A DNA stretch of 64,000 bases, from the NCBI GenBank assembly GCA_017499595.2, contig CM038998.1:2418001-2482000 (forward strand). Direction: 5' to 3'. The notes beneath the pieces are model-generated. The model worked only from the letters and a program-made list of their open reading frames with translations. It made no database searches and had not been told where the DNA came from. Of the stretch, positions 52,524 to 64,000 are shown piece after piece; within the stretch, counting starts at the first letter, position 1, and every line of letters begins with the position of its first letter. A program made the translations under genes and the position numbers. The stretch comes from Psilocybe cubensis (lineage: Eukaryota).

Positions 52524-53086
52524 GAAAGAGGGCGGTGATACGTAGGCGGTTTATACGCAAGAACCAATATGACTGAGATTCTCAAGGATGGAGTAAGAGC
52601 GAGGAAAAGAACCTTTGTCGGGTCTATGAGTACGCAACGGTATGACGCTGGGTGTCGAGTACAAGTTGCCTTGTCACCGCCAACTCCAAGCATGGAGGGT
52701 TTCCATTCCGGGGTTGTTCTCAGATGGAATCACATGACGGCGAATCAATTTAATTAACGAGGACGTGCCTCGACGCGCAGACTCACAGCTACTGTTAACC
52801 CAAATTTTTCCAAACACTTTTACAATTCATTGCAAGAACTAGGCCAATAACTGATTAGACAACTAAGATAAACAAATTTCGTAGTCTTTCAAACCTTGTG
52901 TACAGGTGATATAAAATGAATGTAGTATATGAATACAGTGTTCGAATAGTAGTTGGATATCGTGTCGTTCAAGGACGAATGGTATATAAACGAGGTCCAA
53001 AATAGTATACGCCAGTGAAAGAAAAAGGAGAAAAAAGACAATAAACTAGCACAAAAATGCACAAAAGGAATGAACCAACATTAAGT

Positions 53087-56000
53087 TTATCTCAAATCTG
53101 AGAATGGTTGAGCAATTCTATCGTCGGGTCGCCAGGCGCTCAGAATCCATTCGAGCACGTCTACAACAGCACTGCTTCTATACATGAGGCCATGATCTGC
53201 ACCTTTCACAACCTTGACAGAACATTGATCTGTTCCCATGGTACGTTCCATCCACCGCACTGCGTTCTCGGCTATCTTCTCGTCTCTATCACCATACCAG
53301 ATTCTAACACGGTGGGGGTACGAAGAGTAGGAAAATCCCCAGGAGTGGTTTTCATGGTTTAAAATTTGTAAAAGGTCGTTGTGAGTGCCCTTGGCTGACT
53401 CTGCGTGTGAGGCAGCAATAAGAGCATTTCCAATAGCCACATGATGGTTGCCTAAGTTGCTTTGAGTTTGACCGAATGATATGTTAAGACTGCTAGGAGC
53501 CGGGGAGCCAGGCATCGAGGTGGGGGCATTGGAAGAAGACGTAAAAGAAATCGAGCGACTACCTGTGCTCCTAGGTAGAGAACCCATACTACCATTGCCG
53601 TACACCGGTGGCCTGGCAGTATGTAAATTAACATTGTCGATGTCATTTTCGATATTTGCAGCCCAGGATAAATCTTCGAGGCCTAATCCAACATCAATTA
53701 GAAGAGATGGCGGAAGATGGGGACTTGAAGGCTCAGAAGACCGAGGGGTTTGGTTTTGACTTTTACTCTTCAACGACCCCATAGACCTCAGGGCTTTCAA
53801 CTTTTTCCCTGCTGATGTTGGAGCCTTTTCCATAGGCTGTGGCGGGCTTGATGTACCTTTGAATCTATCCAATATTCCCCGAGACGTTTTGCGCTTAGTG
53901 ACGGGGACCGATCCTTCTTCCGATGCACGACGACCGTACTGAGATACGGGACGCTGTTTGAGGCCAAGAGTACTGCGACTCTCAAAGCGACCGTCGAAAT
54001 CACGCAAGTCATCATATTCACTAAAGTTGGATCCCATGCTAGGTCGTGGACGAGCTTCAGAGGACACACTGTTGTTAAGGTTGACAGCAGTACTAGTCGA
54101 TGATTTGGTGGACGGCTTTGACGTAGATGGGGCGGTATATCCTATCCCTTCGTACGCAATAGTAGGGGGTTTACCTATCATCCATGCTTGAATTTTCCAT
54201 TCTGCGGCTTGTGCGGTCTTCAGGATGCTATTGGGCACATATTTAAGCCATTTGTAACCACCTAAACAAGGTGTCAATTATTTAAATATCTTGCTAATGA
54301 TAGGAGCTTACTGCTTTCTGTGCCCCCAACCCATGGTGCAAGTAAGCAAATATCCCCAACGATGCGTGATGGCAGCTTGTTCGCGAAGGAAAGAGCATAG
54401 GGGGCGCCAGCTGAATGGGCCATTATGCTGCATTGATCAATACGAAGCAAATCTAAAACTTCTTCAACCACGGAGGCCCACTGCATGATGCCCTTGGTGG
54501 ATTTAGAACGAGGTTCTGTACGACCCAGTCCCCATCTGTAAAGAAAAAATATGAGAAAATTGATTCTAAATTAATGAAGCAGAACGAACCTATCGATGGT
54601 TATAAGTCTGAGACCCATACAGCTTGCCATTTCGTCGTACAATCCCATGATATGTCGCACACAACCCAAACCAAGAAAAACGACAACGGGGAATCCTGTA
54701 GGACTCCCCAAATCTGACAAGCTTACAGTCAAAGGATTATCCTGAGAAGCATGTGGCGAACGAGTGAGTTTCAAAAGAGTTGTTAATCGCGCAGAGCGAA
54801 GATACTGTGCTACCGCTTGTGATGGTGAGTTTTTCGCCATAGATATAAAAGTACCCTGTTCCAGAGGAGATGTTGGATAGTAACTAGAGGGTGCTGATAC
54901 AGAATATATGGACGCTACACCAGGGTCGGAACGCGGAGAAAGAACACTAGCGTTATCTGATATTGTTGACTGTCGTTTAAGGTATGCTGATGCGGAGCTA
55001 GGTGGTGGTACGGGTGGTGGTTTCGGAAGACCTTGGTGGCGGATCGTGCGCTGGACTTCATCTGCGACGCTGTCGATGGAAGAACGTGACAGAAATTCTT
55101 CTTCTTCTTCTGCTTCTCCACGTGTTGCATTCCCCAGCTCTGTTTCCACCTCCTCATGTACAGTTGCATGTCCCTGAGAGCTTGGAGAATAAAGAGAGGA
55201 TGAGCGAACGATTGCCGGTCGCGACCGGACTTGAGCCTCGGGAGGAGCATGATTTCGTATGATTTCTGATATAGAAGGCACAACAGTCTTGCGGGCATCG
55301 GCGCTTTCAGTTGTTTTTGGCCTAGGGCTACGGGTTGGATTTGGGCTAGCCTGAAAAGTACGCTGGTCGTCTGGAGTACGGGAAAGAGCCGCCGGAGTGG
55401 CAATTTGATTGACAGAAGCCCTAGAGGAACTGGGGCGAACACGGCGGCGGCGTGTACGGGAAGCGGGTGTTGGCATAGAAGAAAAAGCCTCATCGTCGCT
55501 GGAATCAGCCGAGGAACTAGATTTCCGCGTCAATTTGGGTCTTGCCTTACCTCCTCCCAGAACGATTCCAGGGGGTGGAGTAGGCAAAGGCGGCTGGTAA
55601 AGGGGATGGTGACCGGGGATGCCGAACCGTGGACGACTAATCATGGTTCTCCTAGAAGAACTCAAAGCATCACCGCCGTTCATACCATCGACTAGAGCGT
55701 CCATGGTCTCGACGCCGGCAATTGGAGCAGCAACAACGGAGGGAAACACGTCAAAGGAATCGATTGATGGGGTGTAATCATCGGGAGTCCTAGGCGGGGT
55801 CTCAGTGTGCTGAGTTGAAGAAGAATTTGAAAAGCGGAGCTGGGGCACAGCAGAAGACGAATCCCAGTTGGACTTTCCCGAGGGGCCTGTCCTGGAGCGT
55901 GTCCTTGAGTATTGATTTGTTCCCAGAGGGGGGCGGGGGGTTGAAAAGTCGTCTGCGGGGTCGAAGGATGGGAAAGCATATGTTGGGCCAGGGGTGGAGG

Positions 56001-56259
56001 GGTCGCTGGTTGGACTGTCTCTGGTGGGAGACGGGCGGCTTGTCCTAGACTTTACAAGGCGGGGGATGGTGGATGGCTTTGGGCGGGGATATGCATCGAA
56101 ATAGCTGGAGGGGGAGGAGTTTGAGGGGCCAGCGACATCAAAAGAGGGATCAGCGGGTGATGATTTGTCTTTCTCGCGACGAAGAGAAAGAAAAGAGGAG
56201 GATTTGCGGGGAATATGCTGGGACGAGTTAGTATTGTGACGGGAGAGAATAGACTGCAT
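53087..56259 (-). CDS. Alpha/beta hydrolase with very long disordered N-terminus
   Basis: VSLSDLGSPTGFPVVVFLG, LRLITIDRWGLGRT, nucleophile motif AHSAG, then WYGDRDEKI and ADHGL (candidate Asp and His). Three exons. Confidence 0.85.
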
Positions 56260-56352
56260 CGGATGGATGTAATTAAGGTCAACTTGGTCCTGATGAAATT
56301 TTGAAGACAGCTCACACCCAAATGTATCTCCTTTTAGTCTCACATAATTTCT

Positions 56353-57432
56353 CTATTCTACTACACTCAAACATATTCCCCGCGAGGCACACACTCTTCG
56401 GATCCTCTCTATCTCTGTCGGCCCCCATGTTGCAAACGGTGGCACATTGCTCCCCCACGGCAGTCCCAGACGTTCAAGTCCCCCAAACCCACCGCTTTTC
56501 AGAAATTCCGTCCATTCTTGCGCCGAAATACCCACGCCTCGTCCCCATACCCCCAATTCTACCAAGTTCACACACTCCTCGTTGACCGACGCGAGCACCC
56601 CCAGGTCTACACACAGTCCCCGCAGGTGGAGGCATCGCAGTGCGCCTCCGTTGCTCGGCATAATCTGCACCACCGTCTTATTATCCTTCTGCGCCTCATA
56701 ATGTAGGCACTCCACCGCGCACGAGGCAAGCACGAGTCGCACCTGCTCCTCAAACACATCGGGATCGCCCGTGCTGACGTGCAATCGTTTCAATGTTGTG
56801 GCCCCAGCCAACAGGTTGGTTAGATAGCCATCGACAATGTAGGTGTTTTCTAGGATCAGCTGTGTGATGGGCGTAGTATACTGCAAGGATGGGGGAATAA
56901 TGTCAAGTTCAGTATCCGTTAACCGGAGCTTGTCGAGGCTCGGGAACCCGAATGCCAGAGATTCATCCCACTCCAGAGATGCGTGCATGCTCAGACGGTC
57001 GCGAATAGCGCTGCCGTCAATATGAAGCTCTTTGATTTCCTCTGCATTGCTAATCAACCTGAGAAATCGTTCCGCCTTGACCGCCAATTCTCCTCCAAGC
57101 CTAACTCGACGCAGACCTTCTAAACCGAGCAAATGTCTGAGTGATTTCAGTTCTGCCGGCAAAGGTCTACGCTGTGAATCTGTCACAAGAGGTTGGAGAG
57201 AAATACCCTCCACTAATGACGCGAGATAAGGGGTTTCGGACAAAGTATCTGCCAATAATATGGCTGCCCTGAAGGTATGTACTGTAGGACAGGGGTAGAG
57301 CCTCTTGCGGGCGTGATAAAGCCATGCTGAAGAGACTAGAGAGAGTGCGACAAAATCGCGTGGCCACCAGTCGTTATTGGCGTCGAGGATGAGAGGGACA
57401 AGGTCGTTGACGAACGGAGAACGTGCAAGCAT
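56353..57432 (-). CDS. Intronless F-box-like / RNI-like leucine-rich protein
   Basis: 359-aa ORF. N-terminal DLVPLIL...ALSLVSSAWLYHARKRLY is the agaric F-box-like pattern, followed by repeated LxxLxL motifs. Confidence 0.75.
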   Translation of the reverse strand: MLARSPFVNDLVPLILDANNDWWPRDFVALSLVSSAWLYHARKRLYPCPTVHTFRAAILLADTLSETPYLASLVEGISLQPLVTDSQRRPLPAELKSLRHLLGLEGLRRVRLGGELAVKAERFLRLISNAEEIKELHIDGSAIRDRLSMHASLEWDESLAFGFPSLDKLRLTDTELDIIPPSLQYTTPITQLILENTYIVDGYLTNLLAGATTLKRLHVSTGDPDVFEEQVRLVLASCAVECLHYEAQKDNKTVVQIMPSNGGALRCLHLRGLCVDLGVLASVNEECVNLVELGVWGRGVGISAQEWTEFLKSGGFGGLERLGLPWGSNVPPFATWGPTEIERIRRVCASRGICLSVVE

Positions 57433-57541
57433 GTTGGTTAGTGCTTAAAGGATGTGATGGGAGTGATGTCACAACATGCCGCATCAGGCCCTCGTGGACG
57501 CTCTAATAAGCTCTCTCCAATATACCAACTCGACGCGAGGC

Positions 57542-59061
57542 ATGTCCTCCAATACCCCCCTGTACGCTATCCCAATCAGCAAGCGCCCTCCAAATACATG
57601 GCTTAGGTTCTTCCAAGCTTTCCTGTTCACCATTCTCTTCAATTCAGCATGCATTATGATCAATGGCTCTCAATTCGTGTTCCTGCTGCCGTTCCGCATT
57701 CTACCTTTTAGATGGTCACGAAAGCTGTACTATGCTGGTATACGCTATACAAAGGGTGCATTTGGAAGTCTACAGAGTTCGTTCCTTTTCTAGCCATTCA
57801 TTCTGCCTACACTGACTCGTTCCAACCCAGTTCTCATGTGCCAGTGGTTTGCTCCGACAAAGCTGCTCATAACATTCGAAACTCAGGGCATGGGCGCGTT
57901 CACTCAGGAAGAGATAGACAAGTACATTTTAAAGGATAAGGAGGGCAATGCAGTTGGGCTAGATTTGCCAACCAAGTTCGTACTCATAGCCAATCATCAG
58001 GTCAGCATGAGCTATCGCCTTGCCGAGTTGCCCACTTATCCTCCTGCAGGTCTATGCAGACTGGTGGTATGCCTGGTGTCTGACATACTTCATGAGCCCT
58101 CAAGGAATTCACCGCTATGTATACATAACCCTCAAGAAGAGCCTTCGTTGGGTGCCCATTGTCGGATGGGTAAGCTTCTGCAATTGGTCCCATGAACCCG
58201 ATTCCACGTGTTTTATAGGGCATGCAATTCTTCAAATTCATATTCCTTGCCCGATCATGGGCTTCTGACCGACAACAACTGGCAAGAGATCTTGCAACTT
58301 TGGGAAGAGAGGCAGAGAGAGAAGGAAAGCCATTGTGTTTCATGCTTTACCCTGAAGGCACTCTGGTCAGCAAGGATACCCGACCGAAGAGTAAAAAGTA
58401 CGCAGAGAAGATGGGCATAGTAAGTCATGTCTCCAATCTAACATTGAATCACCCTCCGGTTGACGTCGAAAAACAGACAGACATGAAGCACATCCTGTTG
58501 CCAAGGTCTACGGGTTTGCACTATAGCTTACGTTCGCTTGCCCCGAGAATACCAGATCTCCGACTTTTTGACCTGACAGTGGCCTATCCTGGTGAGTTGG
58601 TACCTTACGAAACTTTTTCGGAACTCATTTCTTGCACTATAGGAATTCCTCCTCTGGGTTATGGACAGGATTATTACACTTTGAGGTCTCTCTTTTTCGA
58701 CGGCGTGGCACCCCCGGCTGTCCATATACACATCAGGATGTTCGACGTCACAAAGGGAGTTCCAATTGGAAACCTATCAGGAACAACTAGTGCAGCAACA
58801 CCAGACCCAAAGTCCAAGCGCATAGTTGAGGTCGACATTCCCAGTGACGAGAAGGAAGTATTCGACATATGGCTCAGGAAGCTCTGGCAGGAGAAGGATG
58901 ACGGGATGGACAAGTTCTTCGAGACAGGGTCGCTTGCCTCCAAAGGAGCACCAACGGTTGAAATTCCTTTAAGACTGCGGCGGAAAAGAGAGATTCTTGA
59001 TGCTTTCTGTTTCTTCTGGCCAGCGAGTGTTGCATACTTGTGGGGTAGATTACGAGGGTGA
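57542..59061 (+). CDS. Lysophospholipid acyltransferase (CST26/LCLAT1-like)
   Basis: PlsC motifs ANHQVYADWWY, LKKSLRWVPIVGWGMQFFKFIFLARSW, YPEGT and HILLPRSTGL. Acyltransf_C-like WLRKLWQEKD. Confidence 0.92.
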
Positions 59062-59119
59062 GACATGTAGCAATGTACATGTGTAGATTTGATGTACCAA
59101 CATTTGCCTAACATAACCG

Positions 59120-59533
59120 TTATCTACCTTCTTGTGCAGCGACCCGCTTTTGTTCAATTTGGGAGACCATGAACAGACTGGTGTCGAGGAACCGTTGGAC
59201 GCAATTGGAAAGACAGTTTTCCTCGCCTCTTGAGAAGCGGGTGGACGGCGTCCCGGTGACACATCTTGAGAAATGTAAGTTCCAGTATCAGGCGAAACGA
59301 GAGAGCACAAACTTGTCCCAGCAAGTCACTGTAAGCTGCTGGACTGTAGAGTTCAACCGGGCCTTTGTGAGGGTCAGCGTATGAGCAAAGTGTCAAGAGA
59401 GAGAAGCTCGCACAATTGCCTGTTGGGTTTCAAGAAAAGAAGCCAACTCTTTCTAAAGAACAGTGAGCACGGGAGCACGGGCATGGAAGTTGAGGAAACT
59501 CACTTGAGTCGCCTCGTCGAATTTTTCGGCCAT
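59120..59533 (-). CDS. TIM8: Mitochondrial intermembrane-space small Tim chaperone (4 exons, ~87 aa)
   Basis: Spliced MAEKFDEATQKELASFLETQQAIARLNSTVQQLTVTCWDKCVTGTPSTRFSRGEENCLSNCVQRFLDTSLFMVSQIEQKRVAAQEGR*, with twin CX3C and RFLDTS. Confidence 0.93.
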
Positions 59534-60138
59534 GATGATGGTGACCAAGTTTGAAAGAATGATGACCGTGTTCCCACTCGGGCATGCTCACATAAGCATT
59601 TGATGGATGACCTCTTTTAGGCAAATTGAGCCCGGCACAAACGGGTGCTGTCGGACGAAATACCCAGACGTTCCTCTTCTATTTCAATCTAACAGTGTTC
59701 GTGTTCCACGATGCCTTCTTAGTAAAGTCGTGTTTGTCTATGCAACGTCTGCCGGTCTTTCTTTTCTCTTTTCAGCCATTTGAGCTCGCTTATATCCATG
59801 CTATTGTCGATGGGCTCAAAGCCGGTGCAACCACGCTTTCCGCCCAAAAGCCTTGTCTACAGCATTTCTATGTGTATATTCACACTCTCTTTGATTGACT
59901 AGCTGACCCTGCGGCTCGAACTCACCGGACTGAAAATCCTCATTGACTAGGATATTTACACGTGAGTTCCATTCTTGGGCAGTCTTCGTTGACCGTTTGC
60001 TGATCTATATTAGTATATAGTCGAGAAACTTTGAAGGGTCCTTTTCTGTTGACTTTGCGCATCTGCCCGTGGGCCTGCCTCGTGCTCGTGCTATCTATCA
60101 TGTATCTTTTTCCGACGGTACCCACGTCCCAGGAGGCC

Positions 60139-61856
60139 ATGCCCTCTACCTTCGCCATGGATAGTATTCCAGCAACGTCCGTTCTGAATCTCTAGCGTTT
60201 GTCCTGCCCGATCTAACACATGAATTATCCAGGCGAGTCGGATACCTGAGCCGCAAAGCTCTACCGATCAAACGAAATGACGCCGAGCCTCTCACTCGCG
60301 AGGATGTTCAATATGATCTGCTTGAATATCTCTTTACCAACTCTGATGCTGTTTTCACTGATCCTCTTTCCCCAACCGGGCCCAAGATGACGTTCGGTAC
60401 TCTTTACGCATCCACTGTTATCAACTCCAGCAAATGCTCCAAGGTTCTAAAAGACAAAATGATTGAAGCGCCTGCATTCAAACTCGAATTTGCGAAGATA
60501 GCTCTTCTAACCAACGTCGGGCGCATTAACACTACCATGGCTTGTGAGGAGTTCTCCTTATCTATTCATAACATGAACTAAATTATATGACATCACAGTC
60601 TTTCCGGAAATGAAGACGGCCCTAAGAACATACCATCCGGTACCTTCATTACAGAAGACTGACGGCAATGCACAAGATGCCCCACGTATCAAAAATTGTC
60701 TCAAGGCTGCTAACCTTCCCTCAGAAATAAGACCGGAAGATGTACCAGCCTCACCTGAGGATGTTCTCGACAAACTTGTGTGACCTATTTTTTATTAATC
60801 AACTAACTGTCGTGCTTATATGCCTTCCAAGAGATCTGGCCAAAGGCCTTCGACAAGTGTAGTCAACATGGTTTTCCTTCTTGCTAGTCATGCAGCAGTG
60901 AGATTTGCGTTACTGGGTTTCTTGTTTCTTGCTCTGATAGTCCATGCAGCCTCTTTCCAGTATCCATTTTGACGGAAATTTAAATTTTTTGGACCTTTTT
61001 CTTTCTAGCAACCGCTTCGCTTCTGCAGACCGCGGAAGGGCTTTTTTGTGGCTGCTATATCACTATATAGAAGATTGCGAAGGCACTAACCCATTCGACG
61101 ACTTACACTCAAAAGCCAATCCAGGGAAAATCCCTTCTCTTAGACAGCTCACGGCATCAGAGCAAAGACGAGAGAACGTAGATCTTCCCGAAGAAATCCA
61201 ATGGGGTCTCAAGATGTCAAATCAACGGAATGTTTTTCTTCAAAAGCTTGTCGCAGCTAATGAAGGGGAAAAGAAAGCTAGAGCAATCGCTCCTCACTTT
61301 GTCACAGGTGATTCATGTCATTTTTCAATCCTGCCCTCATATTTACATTTTTTATTTTTATTTTTCAGCATCTGGAAGCAATATTCCACGAACACCGCGC
61401 CAATTGCAAGACAACCCTAAAGATGAAGCGGCTTTTCTTTTTTACGTACCGAGTCAAGACAATCAGCCTCCTCAACGTCCTCAACAAATACCTATTTGTA
61501 AGTCTTGCCCTAATCTTATCCCATCATTTCTCTTCACAGTCATTCTTTCTAGACGCAGCTGGCCATCGCGTGACTCGCTCTACAAATGAACGCACTATGT
61601 TTCAACGTATGCCTAAAGTTGATCATCTTTCTACAACCATTGATTTTCCTTCTCAGACGCTTGGCATCTAGCAACCTCTGTCGATCCCTTGGTTGATTCC
61701 GACGACGAAATGATTGACCATCATAATCGAGTGGAATATAGTTAAGCCTTTCTAAAGCCTTTCAAAAGTGTATCTAACGAGTTGGCAGGTCGCCGACTGA
61801 GCGTCATCTCCAGGATACGTAGGAGGGAGCAAGCACCGCCACCTCAACCGCCATGA
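60139..61856 (+). CDS. IES1: INO80 complex subunit Ies1-like, paralog B
   Basis: IKRNDAEPLTREDVQYDLL, LLTNVGRINTTMAFFPEMKTALRTYHPVPSLQ, QDAPRIKNCLK, RGRAFLWLLYHYIE, ENVDLPEEI and DPLVDSDDE. Start is uncertain (in-frame ATGs at 60100, 60139 and 60157). Confidence 0.87.
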
Positions 61857-62166
61857 TACTGGTTGTACCTTCTGAGATCTTGCCAAACTCAAATGAACGG
61901 TTTATTTTTTGGAATTGTAGGGCACATATCCTTTGTATAAGTATTGCAATAAACTACCTACAGCTACTATCTTTAAAACACGCCAGGACAAAAAGGGATC
62001 CTGTCCCCAACCCAAGAAATAAATGAACGGAACACAGCTAAAAAGCTGAGTAATAGGAAATCGAACGGTTACGGGTAACCTACATAAATATCTGCTATGG
62101 CTCGAACCTCGCGAGCCACGAGTAAGCTGTGAGGACTGCGAAGAAGATATTTATGAATCCTCGACG

Positions 62167-63366
62167 TCAGAATCCTCCGGGAAGAGCCAGCACTGGATGT
62201 TCGAATCCAGTACGGGCACGCGATTGTTGCATCATGTCAGGGGGAGCGCTGCGCCGTCTCCATTTAAGTTGAGCCTCAGCATCTCCTGGGTTAGGAGCAG
62301 CTGCCTTGCTCTCAGTGGACAAAGTACGTCGTCTGAGAGTAGATAACATATTATGGGCCGTTTGACCTCTAGAGTTGAGGGCATTGAGGTTGGTCTCTGT
62401 AAGTTCAACGGCGCGATATGTGGTAGAAGTTCGTGGAACAACGAGTGTGGTCACGCGCAGCTCCGGGTCAAGCTGTAGTGGTGACTTGGGAGGCAACACA
62501 GGCTGTGGTTTTTGCTCTATGGGGGCTGCAGGCTGTGCGCGTATTGGCATTCTCAGCCTACCGACTCCAACGGAAGGCCTTGGCCGAGAAACGGTGATGA
62601 TAGGTGTTGCATCATGGTGTCCTAACGGGTCTGCTTTACCGTGGCGTGAAATGAGGCGTGCCGAAATCTGGTCGAGTGAAGGTAATGCACGAGGTGGTCC
62701 GACTTTCTCGTATTTCGACTGCTTGGATTGTTCCTCTGGCAATCTGAAGTCAACCTGTTCTATCCAAGTATGTGGGACAGCACCTCGGTCCTCATTCAAG
62801 GACTCGAATAAGGCTAGGGGAGAAACCAAGCCAGGGGATGGAAGGCTATAATGAAAAATAGCAGGTGACTCGGGAGGTGTCTTTGGGGTAACTGTGGCGG
62901 TTGGAGAAGGAGGTGCTTGGACTTTGGATAGGAAAAGGGCACGTCTTTCCACTGGAGCAAACGTTAGAAAGTTAGAAAAACGAGCCATCGATCGTAGACG
63001 GAACTACGAACATTGCTTGTTCTTATGAACCTTGAGCGCAATCTCTTTGCGCAAATCCACATCTTTCTTTCCGCCACTATAGGCAGACCTTTCTTTAGTC
63101 GCATTCAACAAAGCCTGGAATCTGTCATTGTCCAATCCTTTCGATTGTTTGGCAGGATCTGGGTTTAAAGGGGAACGAGGAGAGAGAACACGTTTAAAGC
63201 TGGATATAGTCGGGGGAGGGGTTAAGTGAACGGCCCTAAAGCCGTCATCGTCCTGAATAGTGTTGAAGGCGAGAGAGGAAAATGGGGAAGATGGTTCAAT
63301 TGGAGGAACTTCTGGCGGGGCGAGAGAGATCGAAATTTGGGGGATGGGGGAGGAAGAATAATCCAT
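62167..63366 (-). CDS. Uncharacterised Pro/Ser-rich basidiomycete protein (2 exons)
   Basis: ORFs 63004..63444 and 62167..62988 join through one intron (DLRKEIALKVHKNKQ/LERRALFLSK). Motifs PKTPPESPAIFHY, LPSLDQIS and FEHPVLALPGGF*. Confidence 0.75.
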
Positions 63367-63824
63367 AGTAGAGAAAGAGCGAGTAAGAAGTATTAGAGCA
63401 GACAAAATAAAGGAATTAATCAACGGGCGACCAGCACCAAGCAAAAATGCAACGATGAAGGGAGCACCTTACAAGAAAAAGAACAAGAAACGCTAGCACA
63501 AACGGAGGGCGAGCAAGCTCTCACGGCAAGGTCACAGACTTGATCATATACTATCACGCGTTACCATCTTGGCTCAAGTATTATGTTTTCCGTTGCACAG
63601 ATCGCCGTACGCAGCCTGACAACCGGAATCAGGTCTAAATCAGATTCCAAGAATCGCGATACGCAGTTCTCATCGAGTGAGTCTGTATGTTGTATCTGAA
63701 TTCTCATAGTAACTGGCACTGTACTGATATATTGCATCATAACTACTGAGCCTGGATGTAATTCGAGATCGTTCTCAGCCAAATCTCCACTGAGGATTGG
63801 CGCCTCGACGGCCAGAAGATTTTT

Positions 63825-64000
<176 letters not shown>

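Noticed and set aside
59100..59460. Looked at first like a structured ncRNA (RNase P/SRP-like)
   Set aside because: Fully explained by the TIM8 exons on the minus strand.

Overview
Intron-rich, very compact fungal DNA. The short (~45-60 nt) GT-AG introns, CTAAC-type branch points and gene content point to an Agaricomycete basidiomycete. Manual splicing supports about 29 protein-coding genes, mostly housekeeping: a CofD/UPF0052-like gene, a tandem pair of small DUF7704-like membrane proteins, a PXA protein, 6-phosphogluconolactonase, AP-1 sigma, a chromodomain protein, PHB1, PUB1/TIA1-like, ATG16, YPT7, ASNSD1-like, GND1, OSH3-like, CBM1-GH3 beta-glucosidase, ACO2, MSH1, a Cdc11-type septin, an MIT protein, two IES1 paralogs, an alpha/beta hydrolase, an F-box-like protein, an acyltransferase, TIM8 (not captured by the ORF track) and the 3' end of LYS1. 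I found no convincing RNA genes, transposons or CRISPR arrays. The most notable observations are: an apparently obligatory non-canonical GA-AG intron next to the Fe-S cysteines of ACO2; a possible Chp1/RITS-like chromodomain protein; an old inverted IES1 duplication; an F-box-like ORF and a hydrolase ORF separated by a single in-frame TAG; and a ~37-intron GH3 gene with microexons splitting the catalytic Asp codon. Exon boundaries were read by eye and may be off by a few nt. Family names come from remembered motifs, not database searches.
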